A DNA stretch of 60,014 nt, filler included, from Jimgerdemannia flammicorona (Eukaryota), in assembly GCA_003990765.1 (NCBI GenBank). It is 3 parts of 3 records of this genome, joined end to end, with 100 filler letters (N's around TTAATTAATTAA, not from the genome) between each part and the next. Parts side by side here need not be neighbours in the genome. Positions count along the whole stretch, not along the records: positions 20,040 to 39,977 come from RBNJ01001799.1; 2 more parts are not named here. One strand, written 5' to 3'. Both the position numbers and the translations under genes were made by a program. The notes below the pieces were generated by a model. It was given only the letters and a program-made list of their open reading frames with translations. It made no database searches and had not been told where the DNA came from. This document shows positions 24,071-36,538 of the stretch, piece by piece (the stretch's first letter is position 1; the number at the start of each line of letters is the position of its first letter).

Positions 24071-25154
24071 ATGGTAGATACCAACATTGCAGTACTGACT
24101 ACTCAGCTAGCTATACTAGTAGGGATAGTAAGACAAATTGCTGAACAGAACAAACCAACCAAGACTTTGTAAATTCCAACATTTAGTAGAAAAAACAGTG
24201 ATATCGAAAACTTCATTAATGCAGTTGATACAGACTACCAAGCCAATCAATGGAATGATAACCGAGTGCCTATAGGAATGCTCACAAACAACCAGAACAG
24301 TACCCTCTAACAGCTGTTTGCTACATCAGCAGCACAAGTGGAAACAGTAGCCACATTCTTCACTGGAACAGCAGCCAAATTCTGGCGAACCTTGGAACAA
24401 CACTCAGTAACCTGGGAAGCCTGCCCTCAAGTCAATGGACAAGTACCTGGCAACAATAGACCAGGTTGAGATGACCATGGAGCAGGCCCAGGACTCAAGA
24501 CCTTGCTACTGACCAAATTCCGAAATGTGGCCTACATATAAGAAATTTGGAACAAACTGTCCCAGATGAAGTTCCACAAGAATGGCAAAGAAGATCTAGA
24601 GACCTTTGCCACCAGAATGGATGCCTACCTTAAAACTGTTGGACTTACCTACCAGAAGAACAATTTGGCTATCAATGATACCAGAGCCAACCATCTCTTT
24701 GCAGCCCTACCAGACTGGCTCACCCAGAAGATCAAGGAACAAGGTCTTCCCCAAGGATGTCTCCACTACTCATGGTGTTTTGCCCAAGTACAAAGAAGAG
24801 CCCACAAAATCCTTGCTACACAAGCCCCATGAAATCAAGAACACAAGAAGGATAACCAAGATAGGAGAAACCCTACCAGAAGAAATGATCAAAGGAATGA
24901 CCAAAGATATGATCAAAGATATGATTAAAGGAACCAGTAAAACCCCAGAGGACCCAGACCTCCCACTGAGGATGAAAAGAAGCAGCTCTATGAAAAGGGA
25001 TTGTACTTCATCTGCAAGAAGGCAGGACATATCTCAGTCAAATGTCCTGAGAAGAAAAACAGATCAGACAAACCCAGTAATCAGAACATTACTGTCATTG
25101 GAGAAGGTCCAGGAAAGAAGAACCCTGAGAATGTCATCAAAGTACAGAAGATAT
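24071..25154 (+). pseudogene. Gypsy gag (probably extends further upstream), with in-frame stops
   Basis: Single frame through 24566-24832 and on to zinc knuckle GL(Y)FICKKAGHISVKC at ~25000-25050, first Cys changed by TGC>TAC; runs in frame into the dUTPase. Confidence 0.8.
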
Positions 25155-25252
25155 ACATATAACTCTTGTTCACCTTTCACCAGTAACATTCAGGTAACAC
25201 AAGACTCAGACAACACTTTTCACTATATTTTTGATGTACAGCAACTATCAAC

Positions 25253-27169
25253 ATGGACGGCAATGATCAAACTGGTGAGCGTACTGGACAGGGGGGTGCT
25301 GGTGCCTTTGGCTGGCAGCAAGTGGGGAGGAGGGGAGATGGTTTGGGGATGCTGGGAGCCATGATGGCTAGCCGAGGCCCTGGTGGTGGAGGGAGGGGCA
25401 GGCTGAGGCAGAGAGGTGGGGAGAGGTCGACCTTTGCTGACAAGGTCAGATTGGGAACAATGGCCTCAGGTCTGGATGGTTGGCTGGGTCTGGGGAAGGT
25501 GTCGAAGGCTGCTGCTGGGGGACAGGGAGATGTGCCCAGAGGGGTCTCAGGGGGCAGGGGAGGAGCCGGTGTAGGGGAGGGAGATGTGACTGTTGATGAG
25601 GCTGTGACTGGGGATCTGACAAAAAATCCAGATATGACAGTGGTTGGTGATTCAGGACAGGGAGGGGGCATGAGGCCCAGGGACCTGGCAGATGGTGTGA
25701 TGGGCATGGTGTCAGCCCCATTACTCAAGAAGTCGCGGTTGGAATTCGCAGTCATGATGTGCTTCCAGAGCTTGGCAGTGATGGCGAGGATGATTCTGGG
25801 GCTGATAGCACAGGAGGCTAAGGGTGCGGTGTTGGTGAAGTTTTTGAGGGGAAAAGAAGGAGTCGAGGTAGGGTTCGAGGAGGAAGACACCTTGTTGGCA
25901 GTGATGGAGAAGGGGGTGAAGATTGGCAGAGTAGTGGTTCCTATGGCTCGGTGCATGTGCTGGGACCCCTGAGTGGTGCAGTTGACAGTGTTGGATCTCC
26001 CTACTGTGTCGAAGGAGAGGACCAGGGAGGCAGTTGTGGAGGCGATCAAGGAGTATGGCGAAATTGTGGATGTGGGGTTCAAGGTCTGGGAGGGCACAGA
26101 GCTTAGGACTGGTGATGTAGATATCAGAGTGAGGCTGGCTGGGAAGGAGAATACAGGGAAGTCGAGGGACTGGCCAGCGGTGCTTAGATGGAGACTGGTG
26201 GAGTGTAAGGTCACGAGGGTGAAGGGGACCCAGGAGGAGGAGGAGGATCTGTTGGAGGCCCTGGAGGATCTGGAAGGGGCGGTGGCGAGGAGGAGATTGG
26301 CCTGGAAGGAGTTTGAGGCCAGGACGGTAGTGGGGGAGGTTGATGGGAAGAGGGTCCGGATGGAGAAGGGGGCCTGGGAGAAGTTGCAGGGAAGGCGAAT
26401 CCAGAAGGAGCTGCTGGCAATGTTGGGTGAGGGAAGGGCTGGTGGTAGCTCAGGGGAGGGAGTTGCAAGGTTGAGGGAGAGTGCCTGGGCTGAAGGGGGA
26501 GGAATGGCACAGAGTGTAGTACAGATTGGAGTGGGGGAGGTAAGAGAAGGCAACTTGGAGGCAGATGCCGAAATGGACGAAGGTGTGCGCCCTACATATA
26601 GTGTCCCGGAGGGAGCTAAGAGGGAGGAGAAGCTGCTGGATGTGCCGGATGAGGAGTGGGATGAATCCATAAGGAGGAGTGCACTGGTGGACCCCGAGGT
26701 AGATAAGGGACAAATTGCTCAGGGTGCGGCAGAGGCAGTAGATGAGGAGAAGTGGATGTGGAAGACCCTAGAAGGGGTTGCGGCTGAAGAGCTGGGGGGT
26801 GAGGATTTCAGGGTGATGGAAGAGAGGCACTGGGAGGAGATTCTTAGGGGAGAGGAGGTGCCGAGGAAGATGAGGAATGAGATCCTGGCAGTCCTCCTGG
26901 AGTCGGTGGAGTATCAAGTAGATGATCAGTAAGAGGAGGAACTTAGGAAGATGGTGAGTGAGAGGGCACTTTTCTTGTGGACCACAAGGAAGGGACTGGA
27001 GAAGTGGCATGCTGTCTGCTTGGACTACCGGTCAGATATGGAGGAAGTGGACAGAGTGGAATGCCAGGAAATCTTGGGGGCACTAGATGCTCAGGATATT
27101 GCGGAGGGTGAATTGGAGGCTGAACGGCGCTTGGATTTGGCTGGGAATGGGATGAGCATGGAATTCTAG
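25253..27169 (+). pseudogene. LINE ORF1 (~638 codons, two internal stops)
   Basis: ORF-track pieces 25253, 25973 and 26951 share one frame; stops TGA (CGA in the paralog near 4500) and TAA. Confidence 0.88.
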
Positions 27170-27199
27170 GCTGGGTCCCCTTTACAACATTTTTCCAAT

Positions 27200-30100
27200 A
27201 TGAACAGTACAACTAAGATATTCTCGCTGAACGTCAATAGGTTATGGGGGGCAGCTAGGAGGAAGCATATTTTTGGATGGCTTAAGGGACTGGATGCAGA
27301 CCTCTTCTTGTTACAGGATGTTCATTATGAGGTAGATGTGGACTTGCAGGATTGGACTAGGGAATGGGGGGGCATGGCAGTATGGAGGGGGAAAGTGTGT
27401 ATTCTCATTCAGAAAGGGATAGAGGACATTGAGAACATTGGACATTGGGGGTCTAGGGTGGTGTGGGGAAGGTGGAATAGGCCTGGATGGGGTTTGTTGA
27501 TGGTTGGGTCTTGTTACTGCCCAGCAGAGAGAGGGGAGAGGGTGGATTAGATTTGTGGATTGAAGGAGGCTGGTGTATTGGGGGAAGTTGGGCTGGACTG
27601 TATGGGGGGTGACTTCAACATGGTTCAGGATAAGGAGATGGATAGAACAGATAGTGGGAGAGGCATGTGAGGCAAAAGTGATGGGTTGGGTGACTGGTTA
27701 GAGATAGAGAGGTTGTGTTCATTAGTGGACTTGGGAAGATATTTTTGGACTGAGTGGCGGGTGTATACCCACTGGGCGGCAGGACTGGGCTCCAGGATTG
27801 ACTGGGTTCTGACTGCAGAGTGTTGGGGTACAGATGTCTGGTCTGCACTGGAAGTAGTATGGTATCCGTGGTCTGATCACTGGGGGATGTGTGGAGGGGG
27901 GAGGTTTGGGGGAAATGAGGATGGGCCTGGACATTGGCAGCTAAATTCTTCATTGTTGGAGGATAGGGCATTGTGGGAGGGCTGGAAGATAGAGGTGGTG
28001 GGAAATATCAGCAGGTGGCAGGAACAGGGCCTTGGGATTGCAGACCGCTAGAGATGACTGAAGGCAAATACTCAGGGGTATTGGCAAGAGGCTGGGAAAG
28101 AAAAGTGTGCCCAGCATAGGCAGAGAGAGCGGTGGGCCTCACAGCGCCTGGCTGCACTCATAGAAAGATGGGCAGGAGTGCTGGAGGATGGGGACATGTC
28201 TGATTGGTGTATCACTCGAATCCGGTAGGAGATAGAAGAGCTTAAAGGGGTTTTGCAAAGGGAGGAGGAGGTGCAGATGCAAGGAATGGTGGCCAGACTG
28301 CGGTGGTAGGGGCTGGAGGAGGGGGAGAGACCTACTAGGTTTTTGTCAAGATTGTTACAAGCACAACGAATGAAACAGCGGTGGGAGGGGGTTCTGGATG
28401 AGGAGAGAGAGCTGGCGGAGGGGACTCCAGCAATTCTGAGCCTATTGCAAACCCAGTGGGGGAATCTATGGAGTGAAGAGGAGGATGGAATGGATGCTTT
28501 AGACATTGACCGACAGCTGGGGGATTGGCACCCAGACCTTGCAATGGGACTTGGGGCATTGGGGGACCCGGTGAGTGGTGGGGAGATTTGCAGGATTGTG
28601 GCCTCGACAACTAAGGGGACAGCCCCAGGAGAGGATGGACTTCTCTGGGATTTTTGGCAGAAGATGACTGGGGTGGGGGAAGTGCTAGAGGAGATGACTG
28701 CTATGTGTGATGGGGTTCTTCAGTCTGGTGCTTGGATTGGGGGACAGCGACTAGGGCTAGTTTCCTTGCTCTACAAGAACAAGGGAAGGCAAGAGGATTG
28801 GAAGAACTGGCGGCCAATTATGCTTCTCGACATGGACCACAAACTGGTGATGAAGATCCTGGTGGGGAGGCTGTAAGAAATCACTCAGCAGGTGCTTGGT
28901 GTGGAGCAGCGTGGGTTTGTCGGTGGTTGGCTGATTCGAGATGGGACAGCTTGGGTTCATGGAGTGATTGAAGGTGCCCGGGCGACAGGGGTAGATGGTA
29001 GATTGGTATTTTTGGACTAGGAGAAGGCCTATGATCGAGTGTGGAGGATATGGCTGGAGGGAGTGCTGAAACAGATTGGCATTCCCCCAGGGTTTCATGG
29101 ATCTTTGATCGGCCTCCTAGAGGACAGTCAGGCAGCACTGGTCATTAATAGCCACAGGGGGGAGACCTTCCCCCTGGGGCGTGGGGTACCGCAAGGGGAC
29201 CCGATGTCACCCATTTTGTATGACCTTTCTCTGGAGCCCCTACTGGATAGAATTCGGCGGCGGATTGGGGGTTTGGACATTCTCAGGGTTAATTGGAAGG
29301 TGGGGGCCTTTGCTGATGATATGGTGGTTGGGCTGGGCTCCTTGGCGGATGGAGGGGAGTTACAGAGATCTGTGGAATGGTATGAGAGGGGTTCTGGTGC
29401 TAAACTTAACTGGCACAAATGCGAGATGCTAGTGCTGGGAGCTGGCATTGTTGGCGGCAATGTCATTGAGACAGTGGTGCTGGTGGGGGAACCAGTGCGT
29501 TACTTGGGGATCTACTTTTCAATGTTCGGTTCTCTTCTTCCCTGGGCTTGGTGGGACCATCAGCTTCTGGAGTGGAGAAATGTTCTATTGCATTGGAGAG
29601 GCCAGCACATGTCTCTAGCCAGAAGGGTAATGGTGCTGAACATGTATTGGATACCTAAGCTATGGTATGTTGGATATCACTTGGATTTCCCAGCCTGGGT
29701 GATCAAAGGGCTGTTGAAGATGGTGAGATCATGGATCTGGGGAGGGCGGTGCAGCCAGGTTGGTTGGGAGGTGCTCACACTGCCCTTGGAAAGAGGTGGG
29801 CTGGGCTTGGTGGATTTTACTAAGTGGCTTCTTTGTCTGCGAGCTTGGTGGTTGCAAAGGGCAAGCGAGCTTCGGGGTCAGGAGCAGGTACCACTCATGC
29901 AGAGGTTGTGGGAGGTTAGGTACTCCCCACGTGGTGACTCGGGCGACCTGCTTGCAATGGTGGCCATAGAAGGGAGCAGGAGGATGTGGTTTACAGGCTT
30001 CTGGTGGGGGGTGGTGGATGGCGCCAAGAAAATTGGACTTTGCTGGTGAGGTGATGAAGTTGAGGAGGATTGGGGACCGGAGATGTGGCAGTGGGACAGG

Positions 30101-30850
30101 CTTCTACTGGGTGGGGTTCTGGTGGAGGACTTCCAGCTTAGTGAAGGTTTGAAGTATCTGTGAGGCCTTGGTGGAGACCTGTGGCCCAAAACCTAGCAGA
30201 GGGTTGGAATTGGTGAGGAGTGGGATTGGCATGTGAGCAAAAGAGTGAGGCAGTGGCTGCCCCCCAAGTTTTGGGGGGTGTGGTGGCATGTCCTATGGCG
30301 GAATGTGATGTTGAACTATCGGTCAGGGCACCTGGTGGATGGTGGAGTTTTCGAGTGTGAGGATTGTTTCAATGTTGGTCAGGAGGGAGGAGTGGTACAA
30401 ATGCCTGAACATTGGCTGGGTGAGTGTGAGGTTTTGGAGGAGTTTTGGGGATGTATTATGGATAGGTTAGGGCTGGGTGCCTTGGAGGGAGAGGGAGGGG
30501 GAAGATGGGGGAGGCTCTGCCAGCGACTGGTGGGTGGGGTTGGGGACGAGTGGCTGACCCTTGGTTGGGCTTTGGCCATATGGGTGGGGTTAGCGGGGCA
30601 TTGGGTTCATGTCTTTGAGGAGGGGTAGCAGGTTGGGGTCAGCGACAAGGTGGCGCAATGGGAATGGTTGCTATTGGACATTTTGAATAGCTGGTGGCAG
30701 GGTTGGGGGCTAGGGGGGGGATGCCGCAGGGGTTTGGTACAGTGTATCTCCCGGAAGAGTGGTGGGAGGATTTGGGTAGTGGGTAATTGGGTGGTGCTTG
30801 GGCAGGGGGAGGTCAAGGGAGGAGGGTTGGGCCCACGGGGCATTGGCTGA
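27200..30850 (+). pseudogene. LINE ORF2: APE endonuclease, reverse transcriptase, C-terminal CCHC (~1216 codons, in-frame stops only)
   Basis: FSLNVN, LLQD, GGDFN, SRIDW, PWSDH, GPGHWQLNSSLL; KNWRPI, GVPQGDPMSP, FADD, YLGI, LPLERGGLGL; CEDC...EHWLGEC. All ORF pieces are in one frame. Confidence 0.95.
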
Positions 30851-30949
30851 GGGTGGGAGTGACATTGTATTGTTAGAACTATAGACTTTGATAATAAAGG
30901 GCAGTCCAAGTGACTATAAAAAAAACCAAAAAAAGAAAAAAAAAAAAAA

Positions 30950-31360
30950 TACAGAAGATATGGTACAAGGCTACCATCCCCACTAAGGCCCACCCAACCA
31001 ATGCTGGATATGACCTCTACAGCAGCCAAGACCTCACCATTCCACCAAGTACCAATGCTACAGTGCAAATAGAAATTGCAATGTAAGCTTCCAAAGGTAC
31101 ATACATCCGCCTTGCTGAGCGAAGCAGCCTAGCCAAAGAGTTCAACATTGGACTAGGAGGAGGAGTAGTTAACTAAGAATTTACTGGTAAAATCTATGTC
31201 ATCTTGCGAAATTTTGGAGATACATCATTTGAAGTCAAAACAGGCCAAAGGATTGCCCAAGCAATCATTGAAGAAATCTGTCAAGATCTCACCATTGAAG
31301 AAGTCCCCAAACTCTCCCAGACAGACTGTAGCAAGAAAGGGTTTAGATCTACCAACAAAC
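30950..31360 (+). pseudogene. dut: dUTPase domain of the Gypsy polyprotein
   Basis: After removing the LINE: NVIKVQKIWYKATIPTKAHPTNAGYDLYS...RLAERSSLAK...GGGVVN*EFTGKIYVILRN...KTGQRIAQ...TDCSKKGFRST, i.e. all five trimeric dUTPase motifs; two stops. Confidence 0.92.
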
Positions 31361-31679
31361 CTCCCAGTTAAAAGGTCACTACCATGAAAGAAGATAATGA
31401 AAACTGTTATAAGAGAATTGCAGATGGTTATGCACCATGTGGATGATGCTCTCATTCTATTCAAATGTACTGCATGAAACATGTTGGTAAATGCCATGCA
31501 TACCTCTCCAAAGTTTTCAAAATTCAATCTGAGAAGCATCAAGCCCCACAGACTGAGGAACCTGAACAAGACAACCCTCCTTGTGAAGGATGGAGAGAAA
31601 CTGACTTTGAGGAGACTGACAGCAATTGGGACAACAATGAGGATGAAGAGCTCAATACCATCAAGAAGGAGGACAGTTG

Positions 31680-34600
31680 CATCAAGTTCACAGGCCAAGT
31701 CCACAGACAGAATGTCAATGTCTTGCTTGATAGTGGTGCTACTAGAAACTACATCAGCACCAAGACTGCTAAGAGAATTGGAGCCTGAAGCAGACCAACC
31801 ACTAAGAAAAGAAGTGTTACCTTTAGTGATGGAAAAACTACACCATTGACCAAGATCTGCGAAGATCTTTTACTCAAGATTGGCAAATATCAAGAGAAGT
31901 TAGACTTCAGCATTGTAGACCTTCCAGGACAAGACATTATCTTAGGAAAAGCCTGGTTGACCCAGCACAACCCAGATATCAACTGGAGAACCAATGAGGT
32001 TAACCTGACCCATGAAGGCAGAAAGATCACTCTGATACCCCAGGAAGATACCAACCACCAAGGAATCAAAATCATCTCTGCCATTCAAATGAAGAGACTC
32101 TCTCAAAAAAAAAGGGAAATACCTACTTCATCTGTATAGTACAAGAAGTTACTGAAGCTACAAGTAGCTCAATCTCAACAGAAGCTCAAGAACTGTTTGA
32201 AGAATTCCAAGATGTATTTCAGGACCCCCAAGGACTTCCACCCAAGTGCCAAATCCAACATGGAATTGATCTTATTCCAGAATCTGAATCCCTATACAAG
32301 AGTATCTACCAACTGGTCCAACCCAAGCTCAAGACTCTCAAAGATGAATTGACCAAACTACTGGCCCAAGGATACATTGAACCCAGCCACTCTCCATTTG
32401 GAGCCCCCATTCTATTTGTCAAGAAGAAGGATGGCTCTCTGTGAATGTGTATTGACTACAGAGCCCTCAACAAGATCACCATCAAGAACCAGTATGCCTT
32501 GCCTAGGATTGACGAGTTGCTACACCAAATCTTCAAGGCCAAGACCTTTTCTCTACTGGACTTGTGAAATGGCTACCACCAGATTCTCATTGATGAGAAG
32601 GACATTGAAAAGACAGCTTTCTGAACATGGTTTGGACACTACCAGTTCCGAGTCATGCCTTTTGGATTGACCAATGCACCAGCAATATTCTAGTATCTGA
32701 TGAATGATATCTTTGGACCACCCCTCAACATCTGTATCCTTGTGTATATTGACAATATACTAATCTACAGTGAGACAGTAGAGCTACACTACACCCACCT
32801 CAGACAAGTACTAACCCTCCTGCAAGAACACCAGCTCTATGCCAAGATGAGCAAATGCAAGTTCTATTAAGACTAGATTGAATATCTAGGACACATCATC
32901 TCTGCTGAAGGTATCAATGTGGACCCCCAAAAGGTATCAGCCCTTAAGGATATCCCTATCCCTACTACCCTTAAGCTACTCCAGTACTTTCTGGGTATTG
33001 CTGATTATTACCAAAGGTTTATCTAAGGATACTCTACTATTATAGCTCTATTAATCAGCCTGGCCCGCAAGGGAGTAAACATCAAAGCTGAATGGACCCC
33101 CGAATGCACCCTGGCTATAGACTATCTCAAGAGACTCCTTACTGAGGCCCCAGTGCTAATTGCACCTGACCTTATCAGACCATTCACTCTGACCACAGAT
33201 GCCTCTGACATTGCTATTGGAGCAGTACTCAGCCAAGAAGACCACCCAGTAGCCTACCTTTCCTAAAAGCTCAAGCCAGCTGAGACCCGGTATACCACCC
33301 ATGAGAAGGAACTCCTGGCTATTGTCACTGCACTCCAGGAATGGCACCATTTCCTCCTAGGATAGCTATTTGTGGTCTACACTGATTACCATGCACTGCA
33401 GTATATTCACACATAGCCCATGCTGACCCACAGACAAGCCTTCTGGATGGAAATCATTGCCAACTTTGATATGGAAATCAAGTATATCCCAGGCAAAACC
33501 AACCATGTGGCTGATAGTTTCTCCAGGTATATGGAAGATGAACTTGTCTTCATGGTCAAAGTAATTGGAGACCTGACCCAGATGATCAAGAATGGCTATC
33601 AGCAAGACAGCCCCCTGATGAAATTCCTTCATTTCTGCCAAGACCCAGAGGCCGAGGTTCTAGAACCCATGAGGCAAATGGCCAAGAGATTCACTTACCA
33701 TGATAGACTTATCTACAGGGACTATGATAGAGTGGTTGTATCCAACAATGATGCTCTGCGACTCAAGATCATGCAGGAACTCCATGATACTCCTGCAGCA
33801 GGACACTTTGGTTTCGAAAAGACCTACAACCTTCTCTCAAGAGAGTTTTACTGGCCCAAAATGACCAAGGACATCAAAGACTTTGTAGCCTCATGCGAGA
33901 TGTGCCAAAGGTTCAAAAGTGGTAACAAGCTACCAGCTGGACTCCTGCAACCCTTGCCTATCCTGAGCCACAACTGGGATCAGATTGCAATGGACTTCAT
34001 TGTCCAACTCCCCAAGACCAAGGCAGGATGGGATGCCATTGTGGTATTTGTAGACCGCCTAAGTAAACAAGCCCATTTTGCACCCACCAAGACCACTGCT
34101 ATAGCACCAGAGATTGCTGAGATTTTTCTCAATCAAGTATTCAGGCTACATAGCATGCCTAGTACTATTGTATCTGATCGAGATATCAAGTTCACAAGCA
34201 ACTTCTGGAAGGCATTCTTCTCTCTCTATGGAACTAAGCTGAAGTTCTCTACTGCCTATCACCCTCAGACTGACGGTCAAACCAAGCGATCAACAGGACT
34301 CTCAAACAGATGCTTAGCATCTTCTGCTGTTACAAGCAAAATGATTGGGATAAGTATCTAGCCCATGCTGAGTTTGCCTACAATAATAGTCAGCAAACCT
34401 CCACAAAGAAGACTCCATTCTTCCTGAACCATGGTCAACACCCAAGAACCCCAAGTACTACTGCAAAATCAGCAGTCCCAGCAGCCCAAGACCTGGCCAA
34501 GACTATTTCTGACCTTATGCGAATGACAAGAGATGCCCTCATAGAAGTACAAGACTACCAGACCAAGTATGTGAACTTGAAGTGAAGAGAAGTCTCCTAT

Positions 34601-35053
34601 AATATTGGTGACATAGTCATGCTTAGAACAGACCACCTCCACCTGGATACCCTAGCACAACAACCAGCCAAGAAACTCTGTGCTAGAAGAATTGGACTAT
34701 ATAAGATTGCAGAAAAAATCAGCAAAGTCAACTACAAGTTGCAACTCCCTCACAATATCCAAGTACACCCAGTATTCCATATCAGCCAATTGGTAGACTA
34801 CCATGAGAACTTATTCCCTGAGCATACAGTTCCACCACCACCCCCAATTAGGATCAATAATCATGAGAAATTCGAAATTGAGGTCTACAAATATCCCAAA
34901 ACAGTCAAGCGGTTTTTTCTGATCAAGTGGAAGGGTTACCCCACCCATGGTGCCACCTGGGAAAAAGAAGAAGCCCTGAAGAATATACGTGAAGCCCTCT
35001 AGGACTACATGGAAACACTCACCCTCCAGCAAAGAAAGGACCTGCAGCTCTGA
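31680..35053 (+). pseudogene. Gypsy pol: aspartic protease, RT, RNase H, integrase, chromodomain
   Basis: VLLDSGATRNYIS; VKKKDG, PFGLTNAP, YIDNILIYS; TDASDIAIGAVL; H-H-C-C, MDFIVQLP, VSDRD, AYHPQTDGQ; VHPVFHISQL then FLIKWKGYPTHGATWE chromodomain; several stops and frameshifts near 32110 and 34290. Confidence 0.95.
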
Positions 35054-35312
35054 GAATTAAAGCACATAGTGAGCAAAAGGATACCACATATTTTATCTGG
35101 AAATATATAATACCAAACATTGCAGAAAAAGGTATACCATGGATAACCAACAAGAAGAGGCCTGAGCAAAGAACAGTCTAGCATATTATAGCAAAATGCA
35201 TTTGAACAACTCCATTTCATGTCATCTGTGTCATCTCTGCTGGATGATGATGGATGCTTCATATGGAACTTAAGAAAGCTGATGATGTCAAAACCAGTCT
35301 AAGTCCATCCAC

Positions 35313-36527
35313 ATGACAGATATTGTTACTAGAAATTGTCTCAGATTACAAGAAAAGTCTATTTCCGAAAGGTTCGAACCCCCAGCCGCAACAATGGGAG
35401 CCCTCACCCTAGACAAGGATGGCCAGTCCTCGCAAATGTACCAACCAGACAAAAAAAAAATAGACCAAGACCTGTTAACCTTATGTAACCACAACTATGA
35501 GTGACGAGATCTTTGAAATCAGGATTTTCTCATGTGACCAGCACATGCCCTGCTTACAGCAATAGGTCATGCATTTTTCCAGAAAGTATGACCAAAGGAA
35601 GGTCACATTAGATGGGTGAATAAGTATAAATACCCTAGGCAAGAATACCCCACAACCCTCATCCCCCTCTCCTTACAAAGAAAAGACAAGACAAGAATGC
35701 CTGCTACCCACCGCCAAACTGCCTGCTGTAGCCAGCCCCTTCCAAGCCAGGTTGACTGCCTCTTTGGACATATCCAGGTTGCTATCCAAGGAAGGAACCA
35801 CTGCTCAGAGGCCCTTAACCTCTCCAGCCAGGACCTAGGACACTATGTCCTCAACTGCTATGAAGTCATCAAAAGAGCCTACCTTACCACCAGCTGCCTA
35901 GAGATCTGGCATGAATACAAGATCAGCCATCAACTCCTCCAATGAGCAAAGAACCTGCCCATGGACTAAGTCTCTGATTGGACCCACCTGGATGAGAGTG
36001 AGCAAAGACTTGCCAAGAAGGTCCATCGAATCATGTGCCATACACCCTTTGCAATCCCCAACCTCAACTATGTCCAACTGAAGGACTTCCAGAACCTCTC
36101 CTTCTTCAAGGTTGATGAACTAGAGATCAAGGTAGCCCAAGAATCCAACTCCTGGATCACTCTCAAGTCTACTGACTACGAACCCTACTGGAGCCCCCTC
36201 CTGAATGACAACTCTGACCAATGACTCCAAGGCCTCTCTGATCTCTTTGAAGGACCACCCATCTGAATGGATATTCCCAGGCATGAGAACCAAGAACCCT
36301 ACTTGGATGGCCCCAACTGTATCAGATGGAGAACCCCTACACCAGCACTTATCCCAATGCAAGAACCATTTGCAGACCTCATTGACTTCTCTATCCTAGA
36401 CAGTGAGCCATCAGCAACCACCACCCCCCCTGCTACTAAAGAAGATGCCAACAACTCTGAGGAAGATTCCCCACCTTTCTCTCCCCTGGTTCTCAATTTC
36501 TCACTCAATAAGGATGTTGATTTCTAA
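35313..36527 (+). pseudogene. Additional sense ORF (ORF3, ~400 codons) of unknown function between pol and the 3' LTR
   Basis: ORF pieces at 35313, 35616, 36033 and 36267 are in one frame, separated only by TGA/TAA codons explicable as C>T or G>A changes; the final stop overlaps the PPT. Confidence 0.7.
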
Positions 36528-36538
36528 GGGGGGAAGGA
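36526..36538 (+). promoter_or_regulatory. Polypurine tract
   Basis: aaggggggaagga immediately before the LTR-initial TG. Confidence 0.9.

Larger units (their letters stand above)
25155..30949 (+). mobile_element. Full-length, youngest L1/Tx1-like LINE copy nested in the Gypsy element
   Basis: Perfect 12-bp TSD tacagaagatat (25143-25154 and 30950-30961); poly(A) ~30917-30949; two ORFs without frameshifts. Confidence 0.97.

Noticed and set aside
25267..26670. 467-aa minus-strand ORF, and similar Ser/Pro-rich antisense ORFs such as 37439-38362 and 12218-12808
   Set aside because: Shadows of the G-rich LINE sense strand; low complexity, no motifs, not conserved as open frames between copies.
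32100..32120. A-run frameshift between protease and RT as a programmed ribosomal frameshift
   Set aside because: More simply a homopolymer indel in a dead copy; cannot be distinguished without other copies.
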